From assembly GCA_964035545.1 (NCBI GenBank), contig OZ037771.1, positions 10,668,480-10,732,479 on the forward strand: a DNA stretch of 64,000 nucleotides, read 5' to 3'. Below the pieces are notes generated by a model, which saw nothing but the letters and a program-made list of their open reading frames with translations, was not told where the DNA came from and made no database searches. Of this stretch, positions 13,601 to 25,600 are shown piece by piece. How positions within the stretch are numbered: the stretch's first letter is position 1; every line of letters starts with the position of its first letter. This DNA is from Bugula neritina (taxonomy: Eukaryota; Animalia; Bryozoa). Position numbers and translations under genes: made by a program.

Positions 13601-16600
13601 ACAGCAATGCGGATGGGTTGAGCCGCCAACCTGATGGAGGTTGCAAACAGTGTCTCAACATTGAGAGGAGGGACGGAGGTCCCCCGCGATGTGAGTTAGA
13701 GACGCTGTCTCGCCATGGAGCACCGTTTGACTGGGACCAGGGTCAACTCAAACAGGAGGTTGACGAGTCCCCGGAGGTTGTACAAAACCTCCGCGCCAAC
13801 CCTGTACTGGCCGATAATGTCCGAGAGCTGAAGAAGCTCCAAGAAGAGCTACCTGGAGTAGTGGCAGACATATATCGGGCCAAAAAGGAAGGGCGACGAC
13901 CCAGCGAGGAACGCGCAAGACAGGGATGCGCCGAGTTCCGGCTATACTGTCAGCGTTGGGACTCGCTGCGGATCGGGCAGGATGGTCTACTGACCATTTC
14001 TCTAGCTGCCAGCGGCAGACACCCGGAAAGGAAAAGGGTGGTCTGTCCCACTGCCATCCGCCGTGAGCTGATTTGGGACACTCACAAACAGGCCCACGCA
14101 GGGGTCAAGAGAGTGATCTCCAAATTACGGCTCCGGTGGTATTGGCCACAAATGGAGCGTGACGTCCGACTCAGAGTCAAACAGTGTGAGATCTGCCAGG
14201 CCAGTAAACATAGCCGCCCCCCTGGTGAAGCGGGACGGCGGAGGCTATATGCTGGAAAGCCCTGGCAAGTAGTCGCTGTAGACCTGGTCGGACCCATGCC
14301 CCTGACCCCTAGAGGCAATAGTTGGATCTTAGTACTGGCCGACCACTTTACTAGGTGGGCGGATGCTCTGGCTATCCCAGATGCGTCAGCCCCAACAGTG
14401 GCCAGGGCACTAGACCAACATGTATTCTGTTATTTTGGTCTCCCCGAACAGATACACTCTGATCAAGGCGCTCAGTTCCAGTCTCAACTGATGAGCAACC
14501 TTTGCCATCTCTGGGGAATAAATCAGAGCTGGACCACCCCCTACCACCCTCAAGGTAACGGGGTGGTGGAGCGCAACAACCGGATGCTAGGTGATGCGCT
14601 CCGGAGTCTCCTCCTTGGACGAGGCCAAGAGGAATGGGATACGGTGTTGCCGCAAGTCATGCGTGCATACCGTAGCACCCCATACACCAGTACTGGTGAG
14701 ACCCCAAACCTCTTGATGCTCGGGAGAGAGACTCGTGTCCCTGACCATCTTACCTACCACGTTCCAGAGCAAGACAACTCGGTTCACGAGTATGCCAGTG
14801 AACTAGTGGAACGGATGAAGGCCGCACACGATATACTGCGTGAACAGCAGTGGAAGGTGCGGCACGAAGATTCTGAAGAACCACCTCTCTACCAAACGGG
14901 AGATAAGGTGTGGATGGTCAATTACCGTAGGCGTCGCGGACAGGCTGACAAACTAAAGCCTAAGTTTGTAGGACCCTACGTGATCGTCGAGGCTATGCCC
15001 AATCATACGTACAAGATTGAGCGCTCAGGACAGGTGTCTATCCAGAATGAGTCTCGCTTGAAACCGTATTGGGCTAGCCCCGACCCGGTGGGAGAAGCCC
15101 CCCCGTTGTTGGAGCCCAGGAGGCAGACAACAACACGCGGGCGACGGCGGCATGGACCTGAATACGAAGTGGTCATACCGCGGGAAGAAAACTTGGTGAG
15201 AGAGGAGCGACAGCTTTTGCCAACGGAAGCGTGTCCGCCACCGCCAAGTCTAACTCCATCACTTCCAGAAACCGAGCCGGTTCCGGAAGTGCAAACCCCC
15301 ACGAAGGGAGGGGCTCCATCCGGAGAACAAGAAGAGGTGACCGCTAACGGTGAAGTAGAGACGCCATTAGAGGCCCCTACTAACGAACCGGTGAGCGTGT
15401 CACCCCCCCTAGAACGGGGACAGCGTACGAGGAAACCCCCACCATATTTAAAAGACTTCGTATGTGACTGCATTAGAAGCGGCACGCATGAAAGTCTAGG
15501 GGAAAACCGTACGATAAAATGTTGGAGTTGTGAACCCCACGCAAATATCAACTTTTGCGAGGGCGGAATAGTGGGAGGAATTAATGCGCGTAAAGCAAAT
15601 AGTTCCGACCTCGTGCCTCAGAAACGATGCTCAGTCTTTTCTTATGCTGACATCGCCAGAGGCAGACGTATATCACAACCAACTCCAATCTTACCAAGAA
15701 CGTTGAGTATGGACATTAATACCGAGTTTACAGGTAAGCCAGTATAAGTCTTGTATTCCTATCCATGGAAACGGGCTCGATGCCAGTAAATTCTGAACTA
15801 ATTCAACAGATTGAATCAGAATTACTGGGAACCACGTTTCACGTGAATGACGATGAAGACACTGTAATGGCCGACGGTCTGTTAGACCTGGAGCTAGACA
15901 CTGTTCTTGGTCAGTCCACACATGATTCACTGGTTCCTCGAGTGCATTCTAAAAGTTGTGACTCTCAGGCTAGTAACAGTCGACCGTCACTAGAATTATG
16001 TTGTAAAGATCCACCGTGATCTAACAATAATTCTACTTTTGTAGACACACTCGCGCCCGTCTCTCCGGGCATGCCTTCTCTAGAGATGGCATGGGACCCA
16101 GAGCCGGCCTCACCAACTTCCACAACCGGACAACTGCCACCCCAGTTGGAAGCAACCTCTAACTGGACTACCCCTGCCACAGAGAAAGAGATCAAGACTC
16201 ATAGAGGAGATGACAGTAACCGCAAATGTCGCCTATGTCAGCAGCGGTTTACAACCCATCGTAGGCTGAGAGTCCACTTGCCGCAGCATTACATCACAAC
16301 GTTCTGCCCCTGCGGAGAATATACACAAGATAGTTAAGGGCATCCTCACTAAGAATATCATAAATTTCTCTCAAAATGTAGTTCGGGTTCTTGAATAATA
16401 TTGCTCTGCGGGTGGCATGTGTGTTGCCTACTTGTAATTGTTTAGCCTAAGATTAAACTACAACCAATAAGCAGCAACCTTCGTTAGGGCTGCGTTATCT
16501 ATCAACATTCCATTATTGGTGCTACATAAACAAAGTACAAAGCAAGCTATTCATTATAGCCTGCCAGCTAGCTAGGCTGTAATTATTATGTAGGCGCCAA

Positions 16601-19600
16601 TATCTTCTCATCCCTACGTGCTCAGTGAAGCGTGAAGTGCTGCGAGCTGCTAGTTTCTTATGAGAAAATATGGCATTTTCAGTGTATAAATCACCAATTT
16701 ATGAGCATTCTAGCAGAGTTATTGAAAAAAGAAAAAAACCTACACTGGAGAAATATCTTAGGATTCCAGCAGTGCAATTTTTATTCAGATATCATGCTTT
16801 GCTGCTGAGATATTTTACTGGTACTGAAAAGTCAGCTTTTCAGGCAAAATTGGGCAAAATTCGGCAGTTTTTTGTCTATAACTTCGCAAAAAAATGAAAA
16901 TTGAAATTTCCAAAAAACTTACACTGGAGAAAAAGAAGATCTACAACATAGTTTTTAAATTTTGACTCTAGCACAATTAGGTGAGATTTTATTTTACTGG
17001 TACTGAATTCTTATATGATTACAATGCAAACCTCAGCAAGGCAGTTGCAGCTAAAAGGTTGCCCTTAACTATCCTGTGTAGTTACAATCGTGATTATCTA
17101 CTGCGTCACCAACGCACTATGCAGTGCTTTCAAGGACACGTCTATGAAGTAGACAAAGCATCATATCCCGCATTCCTTAACGCCATCAGACCCCTCATCA
17201 CTGACTCAGCTCTGCTGTCTCTCCTGGAGCAAGGCTTCCCCTCCCCTCGACCCATCATCTCTGAAACCATGGATAAGCCTACAAAATCAACTAACTCCCC
17301 ACCTCTCAGTCCTATACCTCAACCGCATACACTTCCCCGTGTCGTACTACAGAGGGTAGACACGAAGGCGTATACACTCCCTCCCCCACTTCCATCTTCA
17401 GAACGAAAACGGCACAGACAGCAGACCTTCTCTCGTTCATCTCCTCTGGCCCGCAACTTACGTGAAGTAGAAGCTAGGGCCCGCGACCTGGAGCAAGAAG
17501 TGTATAGACTGGCCCCGCGCATGCATGCTGCCTCCAGTGAGCTCAAGTATCTACAGGAGTCTATTAAACGCATGAGGCGGGCGGCCCACGATTAACATGA
17601 GTCCATCTCCAATTCCATACTACTCTTCCCCCTTACCTCTCTGTGGCATTCCCTCCTGTTACGGTGGCACGTACTCTACATGTAAATAGGACTTTCTTTT
17701 ACATACTTGCATCATTCATTGTGCATATATTTTTTTATATATACCTGTATCTCTTATCAGTTGGCTCTTGTATATACTTTTGTATCATTCTCTCTCTGCC
17801 CACTGATGTATAAGTTTTTTTACGTGAATTATATTTTTATCAGAAAGAGGGCTTTCTGCTGGAGGGGGCAGTGTGGTGGCTCGTAGAGCTACCAGCAACA
17901 CAATACGCAAGGTTGCGTATTGACCCGGAACGATGTACTAGCCAATTAGCTAAGCTGCTTATGAGTAATAGTAGCAGCTTCGCGCTACTAGCTCAGTTGA
18001 GGATAGTGCTGTAAATTAAATAGACGTGCGTATAATTACTGTTGTATATTAGATTTTATTATGTATTCTTGTATTCAAATATAACGATATCTACTCGAAT
18101 TATCTCGGTGAAGTTTCTCTAGTAATAAATAGACTCTCTTGGTTGCACATCGACCCTAAATCCGAAAATCATAACAATATGGACCTTAATGGTAGTCATA
18201 TTATGCTAGAAGTAAAAATTACCAAGGAAGATGGAACTAATATTGACAATTTTGGTGATGTTGGTCCTGTAAATCTCATCACACATTCACTCTTTCAGCA
18301 TATAGATGTGAGTTTAAATGATGTTGTCATTAGTAACGCATCAAATCTTTATCAATATCGAGCAGAGTTAGAGACTTTACTCAGTTATAATCAAGAAGCT
18401 AAGGAATCACAATTGTCAATGTTATTGTACTCCAAAAACACATATGAATGATGTCAATGATAATGTTCACCTGGCTGTTAGAAAAGCTATAGCAGAAGCT
18501 AGCCAAGTTGTACAGTTAATGATGAAACCTCATGCAGATATATTTGTTCAAAACTGATTCATACTAAATGATATGGACTGAAAACTGAAGTTAGTTAGAA
18601 ATAATGATAATCTAGTGCTTATGGCCCCTCAAAATTCCAGCTTCAAAATGAGGATTTTGAATGCATCTTTCTTTGCGTGAAAAGTGAAAATTAACTCTGG
18701 CATACAACTGAAACACATTGATAAATTAGACAAATTATTGCAGCTAGTTAGCTACCCTGTTAGGAGAGTAGATATAAAATCATTCAACTGAATCACTATC
18801 TTGAAACGAAGAAAACTTTTTCCACGGTATACTAGTAATAGCAATGGTAAATTCTAGAGCATATGAAGGAACTTATGAACTGAACTCCTTCAACTTTGTA
18901 CATAATAATCTTAAATACTGTAACTTGCTGGTTGATGGTAAAAGTATGCCACAGAAACCTCTAGTTTCAGATTTTACCAATCATAGTAGGTACCCTAAGA
19001 AATTATTTCATGCAGCTGAAATCAACCGGAAAGGTGTTCAATAATGGTGGTTTGGATATAAACAGATCAGATTATGAAAATAGCTATAGTCTATTGGCAT
19101 TTGACTTAACTTCAGCTTTGGATGAGAGTGGTTGTTATCACGTTATAAAGAAAGTCAACATTCAATTAGAGTTTAAGTTTGACCACGGACTTGACCAGCC
19201 TGTTAACGTAATAGTGTATTCTGAGTTTGATTCAGCTATAAAAATAGATAAAAATAGAGCTGTACTTACCAACTTCTTCACACAATGAACACAAAAGAGA
19301 TGTACTCCATTCTCAACAGTGATGACAAAGTAAAAGAGATGAACTTTCTCGGCGTGTTGCCAATTGATAGAATTTCAAAAGAAGCTCTTCAGGGTTTGTG
19401 CTGTGCAGTCATCAACACTAAGCCTCACACCCATCGGTGAGAAAACTGGGTATGTTTTGTCAAGACAAACAATGAAAGAGCTATCTACTTTAATAGTTTT
19501 GGCTACCAACCCTATAATTTAGCACAGATGAATGTTGTTCTTGACAGTGTAAGTGAATGAACTTTTAATTCCTTTCAACTACAGTCTTTATTTTCTACAG

Positions 19601-22600
19601 TATACATACAGTATGTAATATTCTTTTTAACACATTTTGCTAGAGGGTTTACTTTAGAGCATATTGTTGAATTGTTAAATGTTTGCAGTGACACATTCGC
19701 CAATGATGCACTGATTTTTAATTATATCAAGAACAAATACTCTAAATTTAACACTAGTCACCTAGAAATTGTTGATTTTTTTTTATATTTAACCAGTCAG
19801 CTTATCCACTAACATTTTAATTATCAAAGCATAATGTAATATTGTGCACTTATTTATTTGACAAAAACATACAAATATAATCACAGTTAGCTTTCTATAA
19901 CTCTATTTATACCACTACTTTGATTTAATCAAGAGTTAGGTGCCTCCTTGGTTTAATAAATTAAGTAAAGTTGAGCAGTTAGCATTTAATAAAGCTTCAC
20001 TTAACACACCATAATAGGAATAGTGAATTGCATAATTCAGCTTGGTAAGCTATACTCCAACACAACATATTTATAATAAGTGGTTATTAAACTTGCCGAG
20101 CTTACCCTGATGACCAATGCCATAAAATTAACTAGTTCAAATGCTAATAGGAACAACAAGGTGGCAATAAACGTAACTTGTTGAAAACAGGATTGTCAAA
20201 CAACCAATAAAACAAAAGTTAACTTGCTGAAGAATTATTGTAGAATTAAAGAGCAAAGATGTTAGCAAAAGTAACTTGTTGAAAACAGGCTTCATATACT
20301 ACTTACTTACCATTCTAGCACATGTAGTACTATACTTACCATCCTGGCACATGTGGTACTATACTTACCAAGGTAGTGGGAGTCTCGTAGCAAATAGTCC
20401 CATTTGTCAACATCGTTTCCACTTTCCTTGTTGGCCACAATGTCATACAGAAAGAGTTTGTTTTTTCCCCTGCCTGTTTTTCCCTAAAAACAAATCATTT
20501 GGATGCAAAAACTTCTAAATAATAGACTTGGACAGCTTTTAATCACAGTAATATTTTCATAATGTTCTCTAGTCAAATTATACTAACCTTTTGCTATTGA
20601 ACCAAAAAAACTTTTAGCAGCCCTATCTCATACTAAGATAATTAAACGCAGTTGTTGCTGCTTTTTTACAATCAATTAACTGCTTTTGTAATATTACTGG
20701 TAGCATAACAGATGTGAAGCTAAGGAAAATTCGTGGATTTGCGCTATTATTGGAAAATAAACATCTTTATTAGTCAGTGACTTTTACCTCATGTGGTTTA
20801 CAATTGATGAGAGATTTTATGAACTCCCAATCTTTTTTTGTTATTTTCCATGCTTGCAACTCTTGCTCAAGTTGGTTGTTATTCATAGAGTACATGTAGT
20901 CCAGCATTGTCACAGAAAGAGTCTCGTGAGAGTGTTTGACCTCTAGCCTTGGGAGAATTTGCTGATCAAAGATGTGAGAGAAAGGGCCATGGCCTAAATC
21001 ATGGCAAAGTCCTGCCAACTGGAAGTATAACAGTATAAAACAACTACACTAAGGTTAACTCTATATGAGAAAACATGTACACGTATTCAGTTGGCAAATA
21101 ACGTCATTACAGCTACATAAGTAAGTAGGAAATGAGAAGTGTGCAGGGACACGTGCAAACGTGTTAAACTGATAGGGATTAGAGACAACTCCAAATTTAT
21201 TATATTATTTTCATGATAAATATGGACTTATGTTTACTTTACACTCAATGACTTAAATGAGCTCAAGCATGCATACACATTTATACTAAACCAGTTCAAT
21301 GATCTAAAATACCAAAAATATCTTCAGAGTTCATTCTATTTATTCAGTTAAAATATCATTACAATATTATTTTGCAACTTTAATCTGCTTATCTTATAAG
21401 TTCTCAATGTCATTTACTATTAAATTACAAATTTTATTCTCTATATAAACAGCTAAAACTTATACATGCTGCTTGATTAGGCTTTTTATCTTCTCAACAA
21501 CAACACATTTTTTCTATAAGTAAAACCTTTTGCCTTGACCTTCTTATTGCAGGCTTGTCAGCAGGTTCTTTAGGCTTATTCATAAAGAATCTGAATACTT
21601 TTTTTACTGTGCTTGTTTAGCATTTGAAATAAATTTTATAGTAACTGAGTATTTCTGAAGAATAGTAAAACCTATAGCAATCATATTTGTAGGAGCAATG
21701 TATTTTCCCTTATCATGTCATGATTGCACCGTTTTGTCAGTCCAGTATAGAAGGTGATCTGTGTAGAGGTTATGAACTCAGTTTTCTTATCTACTACCAG
21801 ACCCTGAATTAAATCACTATTGGAATAGCTTGTTAAATATAAAAATTTATTATTTGTACATACCTGAAACATAATTTCTTTTAGTTAATGCTTATTTTAA
21901 AGAAGTCAATTGTTTTTTTTTTGAGTTTGATCCACCAAACTTGTATATGATACTCATTTATTAAAAAAATAGATTTATGACTTTCTAAGAAAGAGTCTTT
22001 ACTACTAGATACTGGTTTCATCCCAGATAAACGCTTCCCAGTTGGACGCTAGACTAAATTTTCTACTTTGACGCTTTCCACTTGGACACTTCCCAGTTAG
22101 ATGCTATTTTTTATTTTGGTACAATTATTATATACCAAAATTGTACCAGTATATTATACTACAGCATAGTATAATATAAGCTGTAGCAAGATATTGCTGT
22201 ATTATCAACAAGAAACTTCATTGTTATGATCAATGCAGACGCCTGTTCTATAAGTGATAAGTACAATATTGTTTACAGTATTGCTTTAAAGAAATACTCT
22301 ACTAGATTGATTTCTCATTTTATCGAATCTCAACTAAAAAAAATAAAAAACAATCCTCGCAAACGATATTTGAAAGTTGCTAGCTAGTATAAACAAGCTA
22401 CTGTGTTGCTATAGTCTGACTGGCATACTCATTTACTATAAAATTTACTTCAAAACCTAAATAAACCAGGGAAAATATAAATAAACAAGTAAATCTCATT
22501 AAACAGCCATTAAAACATTACATATTTTCCAATAACTTACAAATTGACAATTATTGTTAAGGAAAAAATGTATTTATGTTGGTTCATATTTATTAATGCA

Positions 22601-25600
22601 CTGTGCTGTTAATAGATGTATTGCATTAAAATTCAACCCTCATTTTCGTCGCAATAGGTGATCAATAAAAAAAACGTACACTATCAAATTCTTTATGAAT
22701 AAGCCTAAAGAACCTGCTGACAAGCCTGAAATAAGAAGGTCAAGGCAAAAGGTTCTACTTATAGAAAAAATGTGTTGTTGCTGAGAAGATAAAAAGCCTA
22801 ATCAAACAGCATGTATAAGTTCTAGCTGTTTATATAGAGAATAAAATTTGTAATTTAATAGTAAATGACATTGAGAACTAAGATAAGCAGATTAGAGTTG
22901 CAGAATAATATTGTAATGATATTTTAACTGAATAAATAGAATGAACTTTGTAGATATTTTTGATATTTTAGATCATTGAACTGGTTTAGTATAAATGTGT
23001 ATGCATGCTTGAGCTCATTTAAGTCATTGAGTGTAAAGTGAACATAAGTCCATATTTATCATGAAAATAATATAATAAATTTGGAGTTGTCTCTAATCCC
23101 TATCAGTTTAACACGTTTGCACGTGTCCCTGCACACTTCCGATTTTCTACTAGTTATGTAACTGTAATGTGATAATATACCGCTAAATATATTGTGTGAA
23201 CTATAGTAATATGTAAAGTCGGTGCTTGAAAACAAAGAAAAAACAAAAGAATAAATAATACATAAAAAGTAAAAAAAAATTCTTAAAGAGAGGAAATTTG
23301 GCTTTTAAACAAAAAATTATCATAGATCATAAAGTTGAAAAAGCTGCGAGGCCTAGTAACATCTTCATCAAGGTGTCTAAAATTTTCAGACTAGAGGGCA
23401 GCTTTAATAATTGTTAGTTAGAGCTAAAGAATCTGGTTTTACATGCATTCAATTAGTCTTACCTCCACACAAAGACAGTCTTTTTCCGAAAGTTCTAACT
23501 CAGGTTGCTTGTCTTTCAAACATCGTACAAGTTTACCTGCTAGATGATAAACTCCCAGGCTATGATCAAACCTCGTGCCATTAGCTCCAGGGTACACATA
23601 GTGTACGGTGGACAACTAAATAAATAAATAGCTCTGTAAACAAGAAGCCATATGAAAAAAAAACAGTCAGAAAACTTAAAAACAATCTCAAATACTTTAA
23701 GTTAAAATTTTTAGCCTTGTTTATTAATCATTAAATAACTTATTTTTATATTTAATACTTTTATTTTTATATATCAAATATATCACAGTTTTCCTGTTTG
23801 GTCAAAGCAAATTCTCATTTTTCTTGTTATCTGTGAGTCTTGCTGACTAAATTATTTAAGATGGCTACTTGAAAATGATGAGTGGATTAAAATAAACAAT
23901 TTGCCTTGATATTTACAGTCAGATGCTAGCCAGTAAAATATAATAATAGTAAAAAATTGGTGCCAGTGCATGTTTTGGTTTCCTTGCCATTCGAAATTGT
24001 CAACTTAGAAAGAGACACTTCTAAAAACTGACACATTTAAAATGAGATCGTTTGAAAATAGACAGCCCAAAAATCAGGCATATTGGAAACTAGTCAAATG
24101 CAAAAACAACTGTTTCCGAAAATGGGCATCTTTGGCATGATTCATTCAAAGAAAGATTCAAGTGTATTTTGTTATAACATAAAGCATTTACTGTCGGGAG
24201 ACAATTTACATTATGTTTAATTTTTGATATGTCCATGCACTAGAAAATAATTCTGTATTTATAGACCTGCTTGATATGACGAAGTCTTTGAAACTGAGGA
24301 GTGTTTATGATGAGAAGAGCTGCTCTGTGAACTTCAATGTAGTCGTATATCGGATCCTTGAACAGTTTGCTTTGAAGGGGAGTTTCCTAATAATTATCCC
24401 GAACTAAAGATAACTTGCATCAACTTTGTAAAAATTTGCAATATTTATGGCATTTTTACACATGCATTCACTTTACACAACGAGCTACTCCAAAAGGAAA
24501 GTATTGACTTTTGCACACACTAGTTCAATATTATAGCTCAGTAAATACTCGAAAAATAAAGACTTACTCTTTTTAAAACTGCTTGACACTCCAAATTACC
24601 AACTCACGGTATAATATCATTTGATAGTATAACAAGACAACAATATAATGATATAATAAAAACTACCTAAGAAACCAAAAGGAATACATATAATAGAAAA
24701 CTGCTGGGTTTCTACTACATTGATATGATAATGCTTATTTTAAGCAGTTTAAATTTTTTTATGGCTTATGCAATATGTTTATTTTTCTAATAATCAAAAT
24801 AATAGGTTGAGTGACAAAATTTGTGATGATCATATTTAAAAGCTGAAGCTTAATATTGTAATGGATTTCACTGGTGCAATTTATGTTAGTATTATATCGA
24901 AAGGGTCGACTCTATATTGTATGCTATAGTGGAGTTCGACTACATTGACCTCCTGCGACTTGTAGCTATGGCCAACAGTGGCACCACTAGTAACAACCAA
25001 TCAGAACTGACATTCTAATTGATAGCAGGTAGAGCTAGCTACTCGTAGTGGAAGCGCGCTGAGTAGCTAGCCAGGCAGAGCAGCTTGGGACTTCGTTTAG
25101 AGTAGTTGTGTATTGAAGCTCACTAATTATGTAATGTTTCTATTCATGTTTAGCAGTAATTAGAACTTCTTGTATCGTGTAAATAATAAACTTATCATAG
25201 CGTAAACAACCTGGTGTAGTGGCTTTGTTTAAGTTGACCCACACATAATATAGTGAATTGTGAAATTCACTACAGTGGTGGCAGCGGTGGGATTCCACTT
25301 AATACAAATGCTCCTAGCCAGGGAGTAAGATGGCCGACGAGGACGACGCGCCCAGACAGGGACCGGCAGCAGTAGAGGAGGATCACATAGGCGGCCCAGC
25401 GCTGCCTATGGACAGGTACCACTTGCGGGCTCCCATCTTCTCAGGGGAAGAAGATGTGGAGCAATTCATCACTGAGTTTAGTGATGTGGCGGACATCTGC
25501 GGATGGCCGAATAGGGTTACTCTGATCCAGCTGCGGTTATGTCTGACAGGGCCGGCTAAACCCTATGAGATAAGCCAGAATGGCGGTGACATATTTTTTA

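Larger units (their letters stand above)
9974..18176 (+). mobile_element. Ty3/Gypsy LTR retrotransposon copy 1 (full length, very young)
   Basis: 305-bp TG...CA LTRs at 9974-10278 and 17872-18176 (one substitution seen by eye). TSD ATAT (9970-9973 and 18177-18180). PBS 10280-10297. PPT ggagggggcag 17861-17871. Domain order gag-PR-RT-RH-IN plus ORF3. Confidence 0.97.
9795..19288 (+). pseudogene. Polinton/Maverick double-jelly-roll major capsid protein, split by a Gypsy insertion (9795-9973 + 18181-19288)
   Basis: [31 protein letters not shown]...[13 protein letters not shown]|[14 protein letters not shown]...[20 protein letters not shown]...AFDLT...[20 protein letters not shown]. The reading frame rejoins across the ATAT TSD. 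Several stops and frameshifts at 18449-19010. Confidence 0.88.
6425..20303 (+). mobile_element. Polinton/Maverick (adintovirus-like) element, internally deleted, non-autonomous
   Basis: Termini AGTAGTAT...ATACTACT. TIRs of ~430 bp (6425-~6855 and ~19870-20303). 6-bp TSD TACTTA (6419-6424 and 20304-20309). Carries MCP and protease remnants. No pPolB, integrase or ATPase recognised. Confidence 0.9.

Noticed and set aside
10796-15551. Many antisense and alternate-frame ORFs in Gypsy pol (also 26018-31600)
   Set aside because: Expected shadows of GC-rich coding sequence, with no motifs and no conserved boundaries between copies.
16670-17078. ORF 16670-16897 and the N-terminus of ORF 16981-17595
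   Set aside because: They lie within the non-coding MITE. The real ORF3 frame resumes at ~17080.
15765-17595. env gene in the ORF3 position
   Set aside because: No signal peptide, furin cleavage/fusion peptide or transmembrane anchor. The features are those of a zinc-finger protein.
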